Made by a program: the position numbers and the translations under genes
Part shown: in pieces, positions 40,092-49,365 of the stretch
Position numbering within the stretch: the stretch's first letter is position 1
Layout: each line of letters starts with the position of its first letter
Source: an uncultured Actinomycetota bacterium
GTDB taxonomy: Bacteria; Actinomycetota; Actinomycetes; Propionibacteriales; Nocardioidaceae
NCBI GenBank assembly: GCA_963834285.1
Contig: CAWIAZ010000014.1
Coordinates: forward strand, 16,534-80,533
Length of the DNA: 64,000 bases
Direction: 5' to 3'
The notes under the pieces: generated by a model
What the model saw: only the letters and a program-made list of their open reading frames with translations
Databases searched by the model: none
What the model was told of the DNA's origin: nothing

Positions 40092-41038
40092 TCGTCGGAG
40101 TCGACCTCGGCAAGACCGGCTGCCGCGCCGCAGTCGCCGGAGCCGCGCCGGTCGAGGAACACGGTGCGCCCGGCCTCGGCGAGCCCGGGGGAGCGGACGC
40201 CGCGCTGGCGGCGGTCGACGCCACCCTCGACCGGCTGCTCGTCGGCCTGCGCGACCAGGCGCCGACGGCTGCGCGACCAGGCGGCCACGGTCCCGTGACC
40301 TCGCTGTGCGTCGGTGCCGCCGGCGCCGAGGCCGCCCCCGCCGCCGCGCGCCGGCTCGCCGAGGGACTGGCGGAGCGGCACCCGACCGCCACGGTCGCGG
40401 TGACCTCCGACTCCGTGACCGCGCACGCCGGGGCGCTGGCCGGTCGGCCGGGGAGCGTGCTCGCGGTGGGCACGGGTGTCGTGGCCCTGTCCGTCGCGGC
40501 CGACGGTCGGCGTACCCAGCTCGACGGCTGGGGCCCGTGGCTGGGCGACGAGGGCGGGGGAGCCTGGATCGGCCGGGAGGCGCTGCGGGCCGTGCTCCGG
40601 GCCCGGGAGGGCCGGGGACCCGAGACCCTGCTCACGGCGGCGGCCGAGCGGCGCTACGGCGACCTCGTGGCCCTCCCCGCCACGCTCGCCGAGGCGGGCG
40701 GCCATGCCCGTGCCACAGCCGCGCTGACGCCCGACGTGCTCGCGGTCGCGGGTCGCGGCGACGAGGTGGCACAGGACGTGCTCGACCGGGCCGTCGCCTG
40801 CTGGGCCGACCTGGCCGCGCGTGCCGTCGTCCTGGCCGGTGAGCCGGTGCTGGCCCTCACCGGCGGGCTGGCCGACGTGTCGTCGCTGACCGACGCCCTG
40901 ACCGCCCGGCTGCCCGACTCCGTCCGGCTCACCACCCCGCACGGGACCCCGCTGGACGGCGCGCTGCTGCTGGCCGAGCAGTCCGGGCTCCCGCACGAGC
41001 CGGCGGTGCTCCGGGTGGGCGCGGCGGTGACGTCATGA
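40088..41038 (+). CDS. BadF/BadG/BcrA/BcrD-type sugar kinase (GlcNAc/MurNAc kinase-like)
   Basis: GVDLGKTG, GTG and DGWG.WLGDEGGG.WIG. Confidence 0.8.
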   Translation: MIVGVDLGKTGCRAAVAGAAPVEEHGAPGLGEPGGADAALAAVDATLDRLLVGLRDQAPTAARPGGHGPVTSLCVGAAGAEAAPAAARRLAEGLAERHPTATVAVTSDSVTAHAGALAGRPGSVLAVGTGVVALSVAADGRRTQLDGWGPWLGDEGGGAWIGREALRAVLRAREGRGPETLLTAAAERRYGDLVALPATLAEAGGHARATAALTPDVLAVAGRGDEVAQDVLDRAVACWADLAARAVVLAGEPVLALTGGLADVSSLTDALTARLPDSVRLTTPHGTPLDGALLLAEQSGLPHEPAVLRVGAAVTS

Positions 41039-42304
41039 TCGTGGTCGCCGTGGCCTCCGGCACCTCGGCCGACGCGATCGACGTCGGCGCGGTCGATCTC
41101 GCGCTCGACGGCACCGACCTGCTGGTCGAGGTGCTCGACGCGCGGAGCGTTCCCTGGCCCGCGGGGCTTCGCGAGCGGCTGCTCGCCGTGCTGCCTCCTG
41201 CCGGCACCACGGCCGCGGAGCTCTGCGCCCTCGACACCGAGGTCGGGCAGGCGCTGGCGGCCGCGGCCGCCGACGCGACGACCCGGCTCGCCCAGGCCGG
41301 CCTCCGTGCCGAGGTCGTGGTCTCACCCGGGCAGACCGTGCACCACGAGGTCGTGGGCGACCGCTGCCTGGGCACGCTCCAGGTCGGCCAGCCGGCCTGG
41401 GTGGCCGAGGCCACCGGGCTCCCGGTGGTCTCCGACCTGCGCGCCCGGGACGTCGCGGCCGGTGGCCACGGCGCTCCGCTCGCCGGGGTGCTGGACGCGC
41501 TGTGGCTCGCTCCTGCCGAGGACGACGACGCCGGTCGGCGTGGACCACGGGTCGCCCTCAACCTCGGCGGCATCGCCAACGTCACCGTGGTCGATGGTCC
41601 GGGCGCGCGAGGCGCGGCCATGGCCTGGGACACCGGTCCGGCCAACTGCCTGCTCGACGTGGCCGCGGCCCGCGCCACGGACGGCCGTCTCGGCCACGAC
41701 GTCGACGGCGCCCTGGCCGCTGCGGGCACGGTCGACGAGGCCCTGCTCGCGCGGCTGCTCGACCACCCCTACTTCCGGCTCGCGCCCCCCAAGACCACGG
41801 GCCGCGAGACCTTCACCGCCACCTGGCTGGACGAGGTGCTCGACGAGGTGCTGGGCGGCCCGCCCGCCTCGTGGCCCGACGTCCTGGCCACGCTGGTCGA
41901 GCTCACCGCGGCCACGGTCGCCGACGCGGTCGCGGTCGGTGCACCCCACCGAGGTGGTCGCCGCCGGCGGCGGCACCGCCAACCCCACGCTGGTGCGCGC
42001 GCTCGCCCGCCGGCTGGGGGACACCCCGCTGGTGACCAGCGAGGAGCGCGGCCTGCCGGCCGACGGCAAGGAGACCGTGCTGTGGGCGCTGCTGGGCTGG
42101 CTGACCTGGCACGGCGTCCCGGTCTCCACCGGTTCCCACCCGGCGCGGGTGCTGGGCCGGATCACCCCCGGCTCCGGTGCCCTGGTGCTGCCGCGCCCGC
42201 TCGAGCCCGACGCGCGGCCGGCGCGGCTGCGGTTGCGCGCCGACGGGCCCGACCGCGCACGTCACGACCCCACGCCGTCCCCGCACCCGGAGGAGGCCCG
42301 ATGA
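41035..42304 (+). CDS. anmK: Anhydro-N-acetylmuramic acid kinase, frameshift near 41940
   Basis: SGTSADAID, GQTV.H, D.RARDVAAGGHGAPL, LNLGGIAN, DTGPAN, PPKTTGRE and, in the next frame, GGG..N and KE. Confidence 0.9.
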
Positions 42305-43458
42305 CCCTCCGTCGGCTGGGCGTCGCCCACGCCCTGGTCGAGGGCCGGCTGCTGCCCGGCGACGTGGAGGTCGACGACGGGCAGGTGACCCGGGTCGGCC
42401 TCCCGGCGGCGCCCGGCGGGAGGGTCGCCGCGCCCGGCCTGGTCGACCTCCAGGTCAACGGCTTCGACGGCGTCGACGTGATGACCGCCGACGCCGACGG
42501 GCTGCGCCACGTCTCGCGCTCCCTGGCCGCGCACGGGGTCACGGCGTGGCTGCCGACGCTGATCACCGGACCGGTCGACGTCACCGAGCGCGCCCTGGGG
42601 GTGCTCGCCGGGCTCGCCGGGCTCGACGGGCTCGACGGCTCGGCCGGGCTCGACGGCCCGGCCGGGGCCCGGGTGCTCGGCGTCCACCTCGAGGGCCCGT
42701 TCCTCAGCCCGCAGCGGCTCGGGACCCACCCGCCGGAGCACCGCCGCGACCCCGACGCCGCGCTGCTGCGCCGCTGGTGCGCGCTCGGCCCGGTGGTGAA
42801 GGTGACCCTCGCACCCGAGCTGCCTGGAGCCCTCGACCTGGTGCGCGACCTGGCCGGCGACGGGGTCGTGGTGTCGCTGGGTCACTCCGACGCGACGGCC
42901 GCCCAGGCCCACGCGGGCATCGACGCCGGTGCTCGCGCGGTCACCCACGTCTTCAACGCGATGAGCCCGCTCCACCACCGCGCCCCCGGGCTGCCGGGCG
43001 CCGCGCTGGTGCGGCCCGAGGTGACGGTGCAGGTCGTCGTCGACGGGCACCACCTGGCCGACGACCTGGTCCGCCTGGTCTGGGCGGCCGCCCCCGGGCG
43101 CACGGTGCTCGTCACCGACGCCACCGCGGCCTCGGCGCGCGCCGACGGCGACTACGCGCTGGCCGGCGTCGACGTCCGGGTCACCGACGGCGCCGTGCGC
43201 AACCGGGCCGGCGACCTCGCCGGCAGCGCGCTCACCCTGGACCGCGCCGTCGCGAACGCCGCCGGACTCGGGCTCGACCTCGCCGGAGTGCTCTCCGCCG
43301 CCACCGAGACGCCGGCGAGGCTGCTCGGCCGTACCGACCTCGGCACGTTGCGACCGGGCGCGCGGGCCGACGTCGTCGTCCTCGACCAGCACCTCGACGT
43401 GGCCGACGTGCTCGTCGGCGGTCGCACGGTGCAGCCGGCCCCCACCCCCGCTCCGTAG
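42301..43458 (+). CDS. nagA: N-acetylglucosamine-6-phosphate deacetylase
   Basis: PGLVDLQVNG, GVHLEGPF, TLAPE, GHS, THVFNAM, DGHH, VTDA and LAGS. Confidence 0.92.
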   Translation: MTLRRLGVAHALVEGRLLPGDVEVDDGQVTRVGLPAAPGGRVAAPGLVDLQVNGFDGVDVMTADADGLRHVSRSLAAHGVTAWLPTLITGPVDVTERALGVLAGLAGLDGLDGSAGLDGPAGARVLGVHLEGPFLSPQRLGTHPPEHRRDPDAALLRRWCALGPVVKVTLAPELPGALDLVRDLAGDGVVVSLGHSDATAAQAHAGIDAGARAVTHVFNAMSPLHHRAPGLPGAALVRPEVTVQVVVDGHHLADDLVRLVWAAAPGRTVLVTDATAASARADGDYALAGVDVRVTDGAVRNRAGDLAGSALTLDRAVANAAGLGLDLAGVLSAATETPARLLGRTDLGTLRPGARADVVVLDQHLDVADVLVGGRTVQPAPTPAP

Positions 43459-43509
43459 CCCCCGCTCGGTAGCCCGGGTAGCCCCGGTAGCCCCGCCGAG
43501 CAGCCGGGA

Positions 43510-43815
43510 GGGTCGCCGGATGTGGGGTCGTGTGCCTGAGGCCGACCCAGGACCCGGTGTGGGGCACACAACCCACTCAAGCGGGGTCGCCGAGGCGGTG
43601 CGGGGGTCGCCGGGGCACAGCGGGTCGCGGGGTACAGCGGGGTCGCCGGATGTGGGGTCGTGTGGCTGAGGCCGACCCAGGGCCCGGTGTGGGGCACACG
43701 ACCCACTCCAGCGGGGTCGCCGGGGGTGCGGGGGTCGCCGGGGCGCAGCGGGGTCGCCGGATGCGGGGTCGTGTGTCTGAGACCGACCCAGGGACCGGGC
43801 TGGGGCACACGACCC
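43510..43815. repeat. Three copies of a 65-80 bp palindromic intergenic repeat (REP/BIME-like)
   Basis: Copies start at 43510, 43640 and 43751; each has GGGTCGTGTG...CACAC(G/A)ACCC arms; linkers are built from GGGGTCGCC units. Confidence 0.8.
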
Positions 43816-43892
43816 TGCTCCCGGCCCACCAGCGACGGGTGCGGCACCTCGCCGCTTCGTCGTCGCCACGCAGCGCCCTCTACGGTGGCCGC

Positions 43893-44495
43893 ATGCGTGT
43901 GGGACTCACCGGTGGTGTCGCTTCCGGCAAGAGCACGGTCTCGGCCCTGTTCGCCGAGCTGGGGGCGATCGTCATCGACGCCGACCTGCTGGCCCGGGAG
44001 GTGGTGGCGCGCGGCACCCCCGGGCTCGCCGCCGTGGTGGAGGCCTTCGGCGAGCACCTGCTCACCGACGACGGCGACCTCGACCGGGCCAAGATGGGAG
44101 CCCTGGTCTTCGCCGACGAGGAGCAGCGCCGTCGGCTGGAGGCGATCGTGCACCCGCTGGTCTTCGAGCGGTACGCCGCGCTCGAGGAGCAGGCCGACCC
44201 GGACGACGTCGTGGTCCACGACATCCCGCTCCTCGCCGAGTCGGGTCGTGCCGACGACTTCGACGCGGTGGTGGTCGTCGACGTGCCCGACGAGGTCCGG
44301 ATCGAACGGATGGTCCGCGACCGGGGCTGGACCCGCGAGGAGGCCGAGGCCAGGATCGCCGCCCAGGCGACCCGTGAGGAGCGGCTGGCGATCGCCACCC
44401 ACGTCCTCGACAACAGCGGCACGCGCGACGACCTCCGCGCACGGGTGGAGGCACTGCACGCCGAGCTCACCCGGCGCGCCGCGGACGCCGGCTAG
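43893..44495 (+). CDS. coaE: Dephospho-CoA kinase
   Basis: MRVGLTGGVASGKSTV, IDAD, IVHP and DIPLL. Confidence 0.95.
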   Translation: MRVGLTGGVASGKSTVSALFAELGAIVIDADLLAREVVARGTPGLAAVVEAFGEHLLTDDGDLDRAKMGALVFADEEQRRRLEAIVHPLVFERYAALEEQADPDDVVVHDIPLLAESGRADDFDAVVVVDVPDEVRIERMVRDRGWTREEAEARIAAQATREERLAIATHVLDNSGTRDDLRARVEALHAELTRRAADAG

Positions 44496-44510
44496 CCCAG
44501 GTCGGTCCCG

Positions 44511-45728
44511 GTGAACCCCTCGACCCGGCGGGTGCTGGTGCTGGTCGGCATCGTCGTCCTCGCCTTCAACCTGCGCCCGGCAGCGGTCAGCATCGGCCCG
44601 GTGCTCGGCGACCTCCGCGGCGACCTGGACATGTCCGGCGCCGAGGCCGGCGTGCTCACCTCGCTGCCGGTGGTCGCCTTCGCGGTCTTCGGCAGCATCG
44701 CGGCGCGGCTGGCCCGCGCGGTGGGGCCGCACCGGCTCACGCTGGCCGCCCTGCTCGCGGTCGTGGTCGGGCTCGCGGCGCGCACCCGGGTCGACTCGGT
44801 CGTCGTCTTCCTGGGCCTCTCCCTGCTGGCCCTGGCCGGCATGGCGACCGCCAACGTCGTGCTGCCCTCCCTGGTCAAGCGACACTTCCCGACCCGGATC
44901 GGGGTGATGACCACGGCGTACTCGACGGCCCTGGCCGTCGGCCTCACCAGCTCGTCGGTGCTCACCGTGCCGATCGGCCTGGCGCTGGGCGGCGGCTGGC
45001 GCGACGGGCTGATGCTGTGGGCCGTGACCGCCGCGGTCGCGGCGCTGCCCTGGCTGGCGCTGATCACCGAGGACTCCGGCGCCCGGGCCGGCACGCCGGT
45101 CGAGCCGGAGGTGCCCGTCGGGCTGGGCCAGGTGGCGCGCACCCGGCTCGGCTGGATGATGGCGCTGTTCTTCGGGCTCCAGTCGCTGCAGGCGTACTCG
45201 ATCTTCGGGTGGTTCGCGGTGATCTACCGCGACGCCGGCTTCTCCAGCGCCACTGCCGGGCTGCTGCTCGGGGTGATCACCGCGACCAGCATCCCGACGT
45301 CGCTGGTGGTCCCGGTGCTGGCCGGGCGGCTGCGCGACGTCCGCGTCCTGGTCGTGGTGTTCTTCGCCTGCTACGTCGCCGGGTACGTCGGCCTGGTCGC
45401 CGCCCCGGTGGGCGGCGCGTGGCTCTGGGCCGTCCTGATCGGCGTCGGCACCGCGTCGTTCCCGCTGGCGCTCACCCTGATCGTGCTGCGCGCCCGCACG
45501 GCCACCGGCACCGCCGCGCTCTCCGGGTTCACCCAGTCGGCCGGCTACCTGCTGGCGGCACCCGGTCCGTTCCTCGTCGGCTTCCTGCACGACCTCTCCG
45601 GCGGCTGGACGGTCCCGCTGCTCGCGCTGATCGCCCTCTCGGTCCCGCTGCTGCTCACCGGCCTGGCGGTCGCCCGGCCGGCGGCCGTGGAGGACGAGCT
45701 CGCGTCACGTCTCCGCACCGGCGCCTGA
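44511..45728 (+). CDS. MFS transporter, CynX/NimT family
   Basis: AFNLRP, NVVLPSLVKRHFP, FFGLQS and LSGFTQSAGYLLAA.GP. Confidence 0.85.
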   Translation: MNPSTRRVLVLVGIVVLAFNLRPAAVSIGPVLGDLRGDLDMSGAEAGVLTSLPVVAFAVFGSIAARLARAVGPHRLTLAALLAVVVGLAARTRVDSVVVFLGLSLLALAGMATANVVLPSLVKRHFPTRIGVMTTAYSTALAVGLTSSSVLTVPIGLALGGGWRDGLMLWAVTAAVAALPWLALITEDSGARAGTPVEPEVPVGLGQVARTRLGWMMALFFGLQSLQAYSIFGWFAVIYRDAGFSSATAGLLLGVITATSIPTSLVVPVLAGRLRDVRVLVVVFFACYVAGYVGLVAAPVGGAWLWAVLIGVGTASFPLALTLIVLRARTATGTAALSGFTQSAGYLLAAPGPFLVGFLHDLSGGWTVPLLALIALSVPLLLTGLAVARPAAVEDELASRLRTGA

Positions 45729-45742
45729 GCCCGGACGTACGA

Positions 45743-45771
45743 CAGCCCCCGGTCGTGGGGGACCGGGGCTG
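45743..45771. terminator. Hairpin between convergent genes
   Basis: CAGCCCCCGGTC...GACCGGGGCTG, near-perfect stem. Confidence 0.6.
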
Positions 45772-45803
45772 AGGCCGGGGCCGAGATCGAGGCCCGAGGT
45801 GGA

Positions 45804-46760
45804 TCAGGCGGCGAGGTCGGGGTCGCCGAGGCGCCGCAGCTTCTGCAGGGCCTCCCGTTCCAGCTGCCGCACCCGCTCGGCGGAGATGCCGTGCTTGGCG
45901 CCGATGTCGGCCAGCTTGTGCTGGCGGCCGTCGGTGAGGCCGTAGCGCGAGCGGATGATGTCGGCCGCCCGGTCGTCGAGCTGACCGACGAGGGTGTTGA
46001 GACGGTCGCGGGACTCGACGTCGAGCACGGTCAGGTCGGGGCCGGGAGCGGTCTCCTGGGCCATCAGGTCGCCCAGGGAGGTGTCGCCGTCCTCGTCGAC
46101 CGGGGTGTCGAGGCTGATGTGCTCACGACCCCAGGCCATCAGGTCGAGCACCCGGTCGACGTCCATGCCGAGCTCGGCGGCGATCTCCTGCGGGTCGGGG
46201 TCGCGGCCCAGCTGGCGCTCGAGGGTACGGCGCGCGCCGCCGACCTGGTTCAGCTCCTCGACCACGTGGACCGGGAGCCTGACGACGCGCGCCTGCTGGG
46301 CAATGCCACGGGTGATCGCCTGGCGTACCCACCACGTGGCATAGGTCGAGAACTTGTAGCCCTTGGTGTAGTCGAACTTCTCGACCGCACGGATCAGTCC
46401 GGTGTTGCCCTCCTGGATCAGGTCGAGCATCGGCATCTGGGCCCGGCCGTACTTGCGGGCGATCGAGACCACCAGGCGGAGGTTGGCGGTGATGAACGTG
46501 TCGACCGCCTTGCGGCCCTCCTCGGCGAGCCACTCGAGCTCCTCCTCGGTGGCGCGCATCGGTGCCCCGCCCTTGCGGCGGCCCACGCGCCCCTCGGCGA
46601 GCAGTGCCTCGGCCATCAGCCCGGCCTCGATCGTCTTGGAGAGCTCGACCTCCAGGGCGGCGTCCAGCAGCGGGTTGCGCGCGATCTCGTCGAGGTAGAG
46701 ACCGACGCTGTCACGCCCTTCGATCTCTCGGCTTCCGCGCGACGCGGTCCGTACGGCCAT
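45804..46760 (-). CDS. Group 2 sigma-70 factor (HrdD/SigB-like; lacks region 1.1)
   Basis: DSVGLYLDEI, ANLRLVVSIARKY, DLIQEGN.GLIRAVEKFDY.KG.KFSTYATWW and ERVRQLE; RBS AAGGAGG. Confidence 0.9.
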   Translation of the reverse strand: MAVRTASRGSREIEGRDSVGLYLDEIARNPLLDAALEVELSKTIEAGLMAEALLAEGRVGRRKGGAPMRATEEELEWLAEEGRKAVDTFITANLRLVVSIARKYGRAQMPMLDLIQEGNTGLIRAVEKFDYTKGYKFSTYATWWVRQAITRGIAQQARVVRLPVHVVEELNQVGGARRTLERQLGRDPDPQEIAAELGMDVDRVLDLMAWGREHISLDTPVDEDGDTSLGDLMAQETAPGPDLTVLDVESRDRLNTLVGQLDDRAADIIRSRYGLTDGRQHKLADIGAKHGISAERVRQLEREALQKLRRLGDPDLAA

Positions 46761-46810
46761 GGGACCCTCCTTCGGACTGGGGGACGAGAGACGAACCCCC
46801 ATATGTGGGT

Positions 46811-46837
46811 CAACGTCGGTCCGGCCTCGTGGATTCC
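46811..46837 (-). promoter_or_regulatory. ECF (SigR/SigH-type) promoter for the sigma gene
   Basis: Minus strand reads GGAAT-N18-GTT (GGAATccacgaggccggaccgacGTTG). Confidence 0.65.
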
Positions 46838-46977
46838 CCAGTACCCACCGCGCCGACCTTCACCAACCGCCTGATGTGACTCCTTCGTCAGCAAGGACGT
46901 CCCGGATCGGTCCGGAGTTGCACACCGGCCGAACTCTTAGGGAGTTCTCAGGGGTGGCGGCCGATTCTCAGGCGGCC

Positions 46978-49140
46978 TCAGGCGTCGGCCAGCCCCATCC
47001 GCTCCAGCATCCAGGCGAGCGAGAAGGCCCGGTCCTGCCACGCCTTGTAGCGGCCGGAGACGCCGCCGTGGCCGGCCGACATCTCGGTGCGCAGCAGCAC
47101 GTCGGCCTGCGGGGCCACCGCCCGCAGCCGGGCCACCCACTTGGCCGGCTCGACGTAGAGGACCCGGGTGTCGTGCAGCGACGTCTCGGCCAGGATCGGG
47201 GGGTAGGGCAGGTCGGCGACGTTGTCGTACGGCGCGTAGGCGGCCAGGCAGTCGTAGGTCTCCGCGTCGGCGGCCGGGTCGCCCCACTCGTCGTACTCGG
47301 TGACCGTGAGCGGCAGGGTCGCGTCGAGCATCGAGGTCAGGTTGTCCACGAACGGCACGGTGGCCACGATCCCGCCGAACGCCTCGGGCGCCTGGTTGGC
47401 CACGGCGCCCATCAGCAGGCCGCCCGCGCTGCCGCCCTCCGCGACCAGGGTCTGCGGGGTCGACCAGCCGGTGTCGACCAGGTGGCGCGCGCAGGCGATG
47501 AAGTCGGAGAAGGTGTTCTGCTTGGCGCCGAGCTTGCCCTCGTCGTACCAACGCCGCCCCATCTCGCCGCCGCCGCGCACGTGCGCGATCGCCATCGCTG
47601 CTCCCCGGTCGAGGAGCGAGAGCCTGGCCACCGAGAAGTAGGGGTCCATCGAGGCCTCGTAGGCGCCGTAGCCGTAGAGCAGGGTCGGGACCGGGCGGGT
47701 GCCGCCGCCGACGCCCTCGCGGGAGCCGCGTCTGGCCACGATCGAGATCGGCACGCGCGCGCCGTCGTCCGCGGTCGCCCAGAGCCGGTGCTCCTCGTAG
47801 TCGGCGGGGTCGTAGCCGCCGAGCACCGGGGCCCGCTTGAGCAGGGTGAGCTCGCGGGTGCGGACGTCGTAGTCGTAGACCGACGACGGGATCGCCATCG
47901 TCGTGTAGCCGAGCCGGACGACGGGCTGGTCGAAGCCCGGGTTGCCGCCCGAGCCGACCGTGTAGAGGGGGTGGTCGAACTCCACGAGGTAGTCGTCGCC
48001 CACGCCCTGCGGGCCGAGCTCGAGGATCCGCAGCTGGGTGAGGCCCTGGCTGCGCTGGTGCACCACGAGGTGCCCGGCGAAGGCGTCGACGTCCTCGAGG
48101 CGGACGGCGGGGTCGTGGGGGATCAGCGGCTCCCAGCCCGACGCCGGGGTCGGGGTGATCGGCGCGACGGCGAGCTCGAAGTCGGGACCGGTGCCGTTGT
48201 GCATCACCAGGAAGCGGTCCTCACCGGCGATCACGGCGTGGTCGAGCGCGTACTCGAGGTCCTCGGTCCGCGCCGCGTAGACCTGCCAGGTGCCGTCGGG
48301 GTCGTGGGTGTCGAGGACCTGGTACTCCGAGGTCGTCTTCGAGCCCGAGGCGATGACCAGGAAACGGTCGCTGCGGCTGCGGCCGACGCCCACCCAGAAC
48401 CGGCCGTCGGTCTCGTGGTGGACCAGCTCGTCGTCGGCCTGGTCGGTGCCGAGGGCGTGCCGCCAGATCTTGTCGGCGCGCCAGGTGTCGTCGACGGTCG
48501 TGTAGTAGAACGCCTCCCCCGAGGGGTGCCAGGTGACCCCGCCGAGCACGCCGGTCACCTCGTCGTCCAGCAGGGCGCCGGTGCGCAGGTCCTTCACCCG
48601 CACGACGTACCGCTCGTCGCCCACGACGTCGACCGCGTAGGCCAGCAGGTGCCCGTCGAGGCTGATGGCGGAGCCGCCGAGCGAGAAGTACTCGTGACCC
48701 TCGGCCAGCTCGTTGAGGTCGAGCAGGACCTCCTCGCCGGGCAGCGCGGGCTGGTCGGGGGCGCAGTCCTCGGCGGGCTGCGGCGGCGTCCAGTCGTCGG
48801 GCGAGCCGACCGGGACCCGGCAGCTCGCGCCGTACTCGCGGCCCTCGAACGACCGGCCGTAGTACCAGTGGCCGCGATTGCGGGTCGGCACCGAGAGGTC
48901 GGTCTCCTTGGTGCGGGCCTTGATCTCGCCGAAGATCGTGGCCCGGAGGTCCGCCAGGTGCGCGGTGCGGTGCTCGGTCCAGGCGTTCTCGGCCTCGAGG
49001 TGGGCCAGGACCTCGGGGGAGTCCTTGTCGCGCAGCCAGTCGTACTCGTCGGTGCGCTCCCGGCCGTGGTGCTCGGTGGTGACCGGACGGCGGGGGCGGC
49101 GGGGGGCGGCGGGTGGTGCGGCGGGTGCGGGGCGGTCCAT
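46978..49140 (-). CDS. ptrB: Oligopeptidase B (S9 peptidase)
   Basis: DEYDWLRD, LYGYGAYE, AHVRGGGE.G, GGSAGG (catalytic Ser), D.RV and GHGG.SG. Confidence 0.92.
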   Translation of the reverse strand: MDRPAPAAPPAAPRRPRRPVTTEHHGRERTDEYDWLRDKDSPEVLAHLEAENAWTEHRTAHLADLRATIFGEIKARTKETDLSVPTRNRGHWYYGRSFEGREYGASCRVPVGSPDDWTPPQPAEDCAPDQPALPGEEVLLDLNELAEGHEYFSLGGSAISLDGHLLAYAVDVVGDERYVVRVKDLRTGALLDDEVTGVLGGVTWHPSGEAFYYTTVDDTWRADKIWRHALGTDQADDELVHHETDGRFWVGVGRSRSDRFLVIASGSKTTSEYQVLDTHDPDGTWQVYAARTEDLEYALDHAVIAGEDRFLVMHNGTGPDFELAVAPITPTPASGWEPLIPHDPAVRLEDVDAFAGHLVVHQRSQGLTQLRILELGPQGVGDDYLVEFDHPLYTVGSGGNPGFDQPVVRLGYTTMAIPSSVYDYDVRTRELTLLKRAPVLGGYDPADYEEHRLWATADDGARVPISIVARRGSREGVGGGTRPVPTLLYGYGAYEASMDPYFSVARLSLLDRGAAMAIAHVRGGGEMGRRWYDEGKLGAKQNTFSDFIACARHLVDTGWSTPQTLVAEGGSAGGLLMGAVANQAPEAFGGIVATVPFVDNLTSMLDATLPLTVTEYDEWGDPAADAETYDCLAAYAPYDNVADLPYPPILAETSLHDTRVLYVEPAKWVARLRAVAPQADVLLRTEMSAGHGGVSGRYKAWQDRAFSLAWMLERMGLADA

Positions 49141-49212
49141 GCAGGGAACGCTAGCCCGTGGGCCCACCGGCGGAGCGGGGGCCTCGACCGCCCCGGGAAC
49201 GTCACCGGGACC

Positions 49213-49297
49213 GGTGCATAACCTGTGCGCGAACCTGTGGAGGAAGCCCGCGATCTGTGGATGATCGGGGCCTTCCTGTGGAGCGGCGTGTGCAACC
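49213..49297. promoter_or_regulatory. Array of six co-oriented DnaA-box-like 9-mers
   Basis: GGTGCATAA 49213, TGTGCGCGA 49224, TGTGGAGGA 49236, TGTGGATGA 49256, TGTGGAGCG 49277, TGTGCAACC 49289, compared with consensus TGTGGATAA. Confidence 0.5.
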
Positions 49298-49365
49298 CGA
49301 AGTATGTCGCGAAATCGGCTCCGGAACCCTTGCGCCCGGGGGCTCGCGCCCCGTAGAACTCTCCT

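Noticed and set aside
41035-43458. AnmK-NagA fusion (807-aa ORF in the track)
   Set aside because: AnmK C-terminal motifs continue in another frame ending at 42304, and nagA has its own RBS (GGAGGAGG) and ATG at 42301. The join comes from a frameshift near 41940.
43510-43815. CRISPR array
   Set aside because: Units are 65-80 bp and diverged, the linkers are themselves repetitive rather than unique spacers, and no cas genes are present.
46759-49221. Long antisense ORFs (also 25300-26958, 35169-37298, 43152-45590, 60661-62487)
   Set aside because: These are shadow ORFs opposite real genes, expected in high-GC DNA; they show no recognisable motifs.
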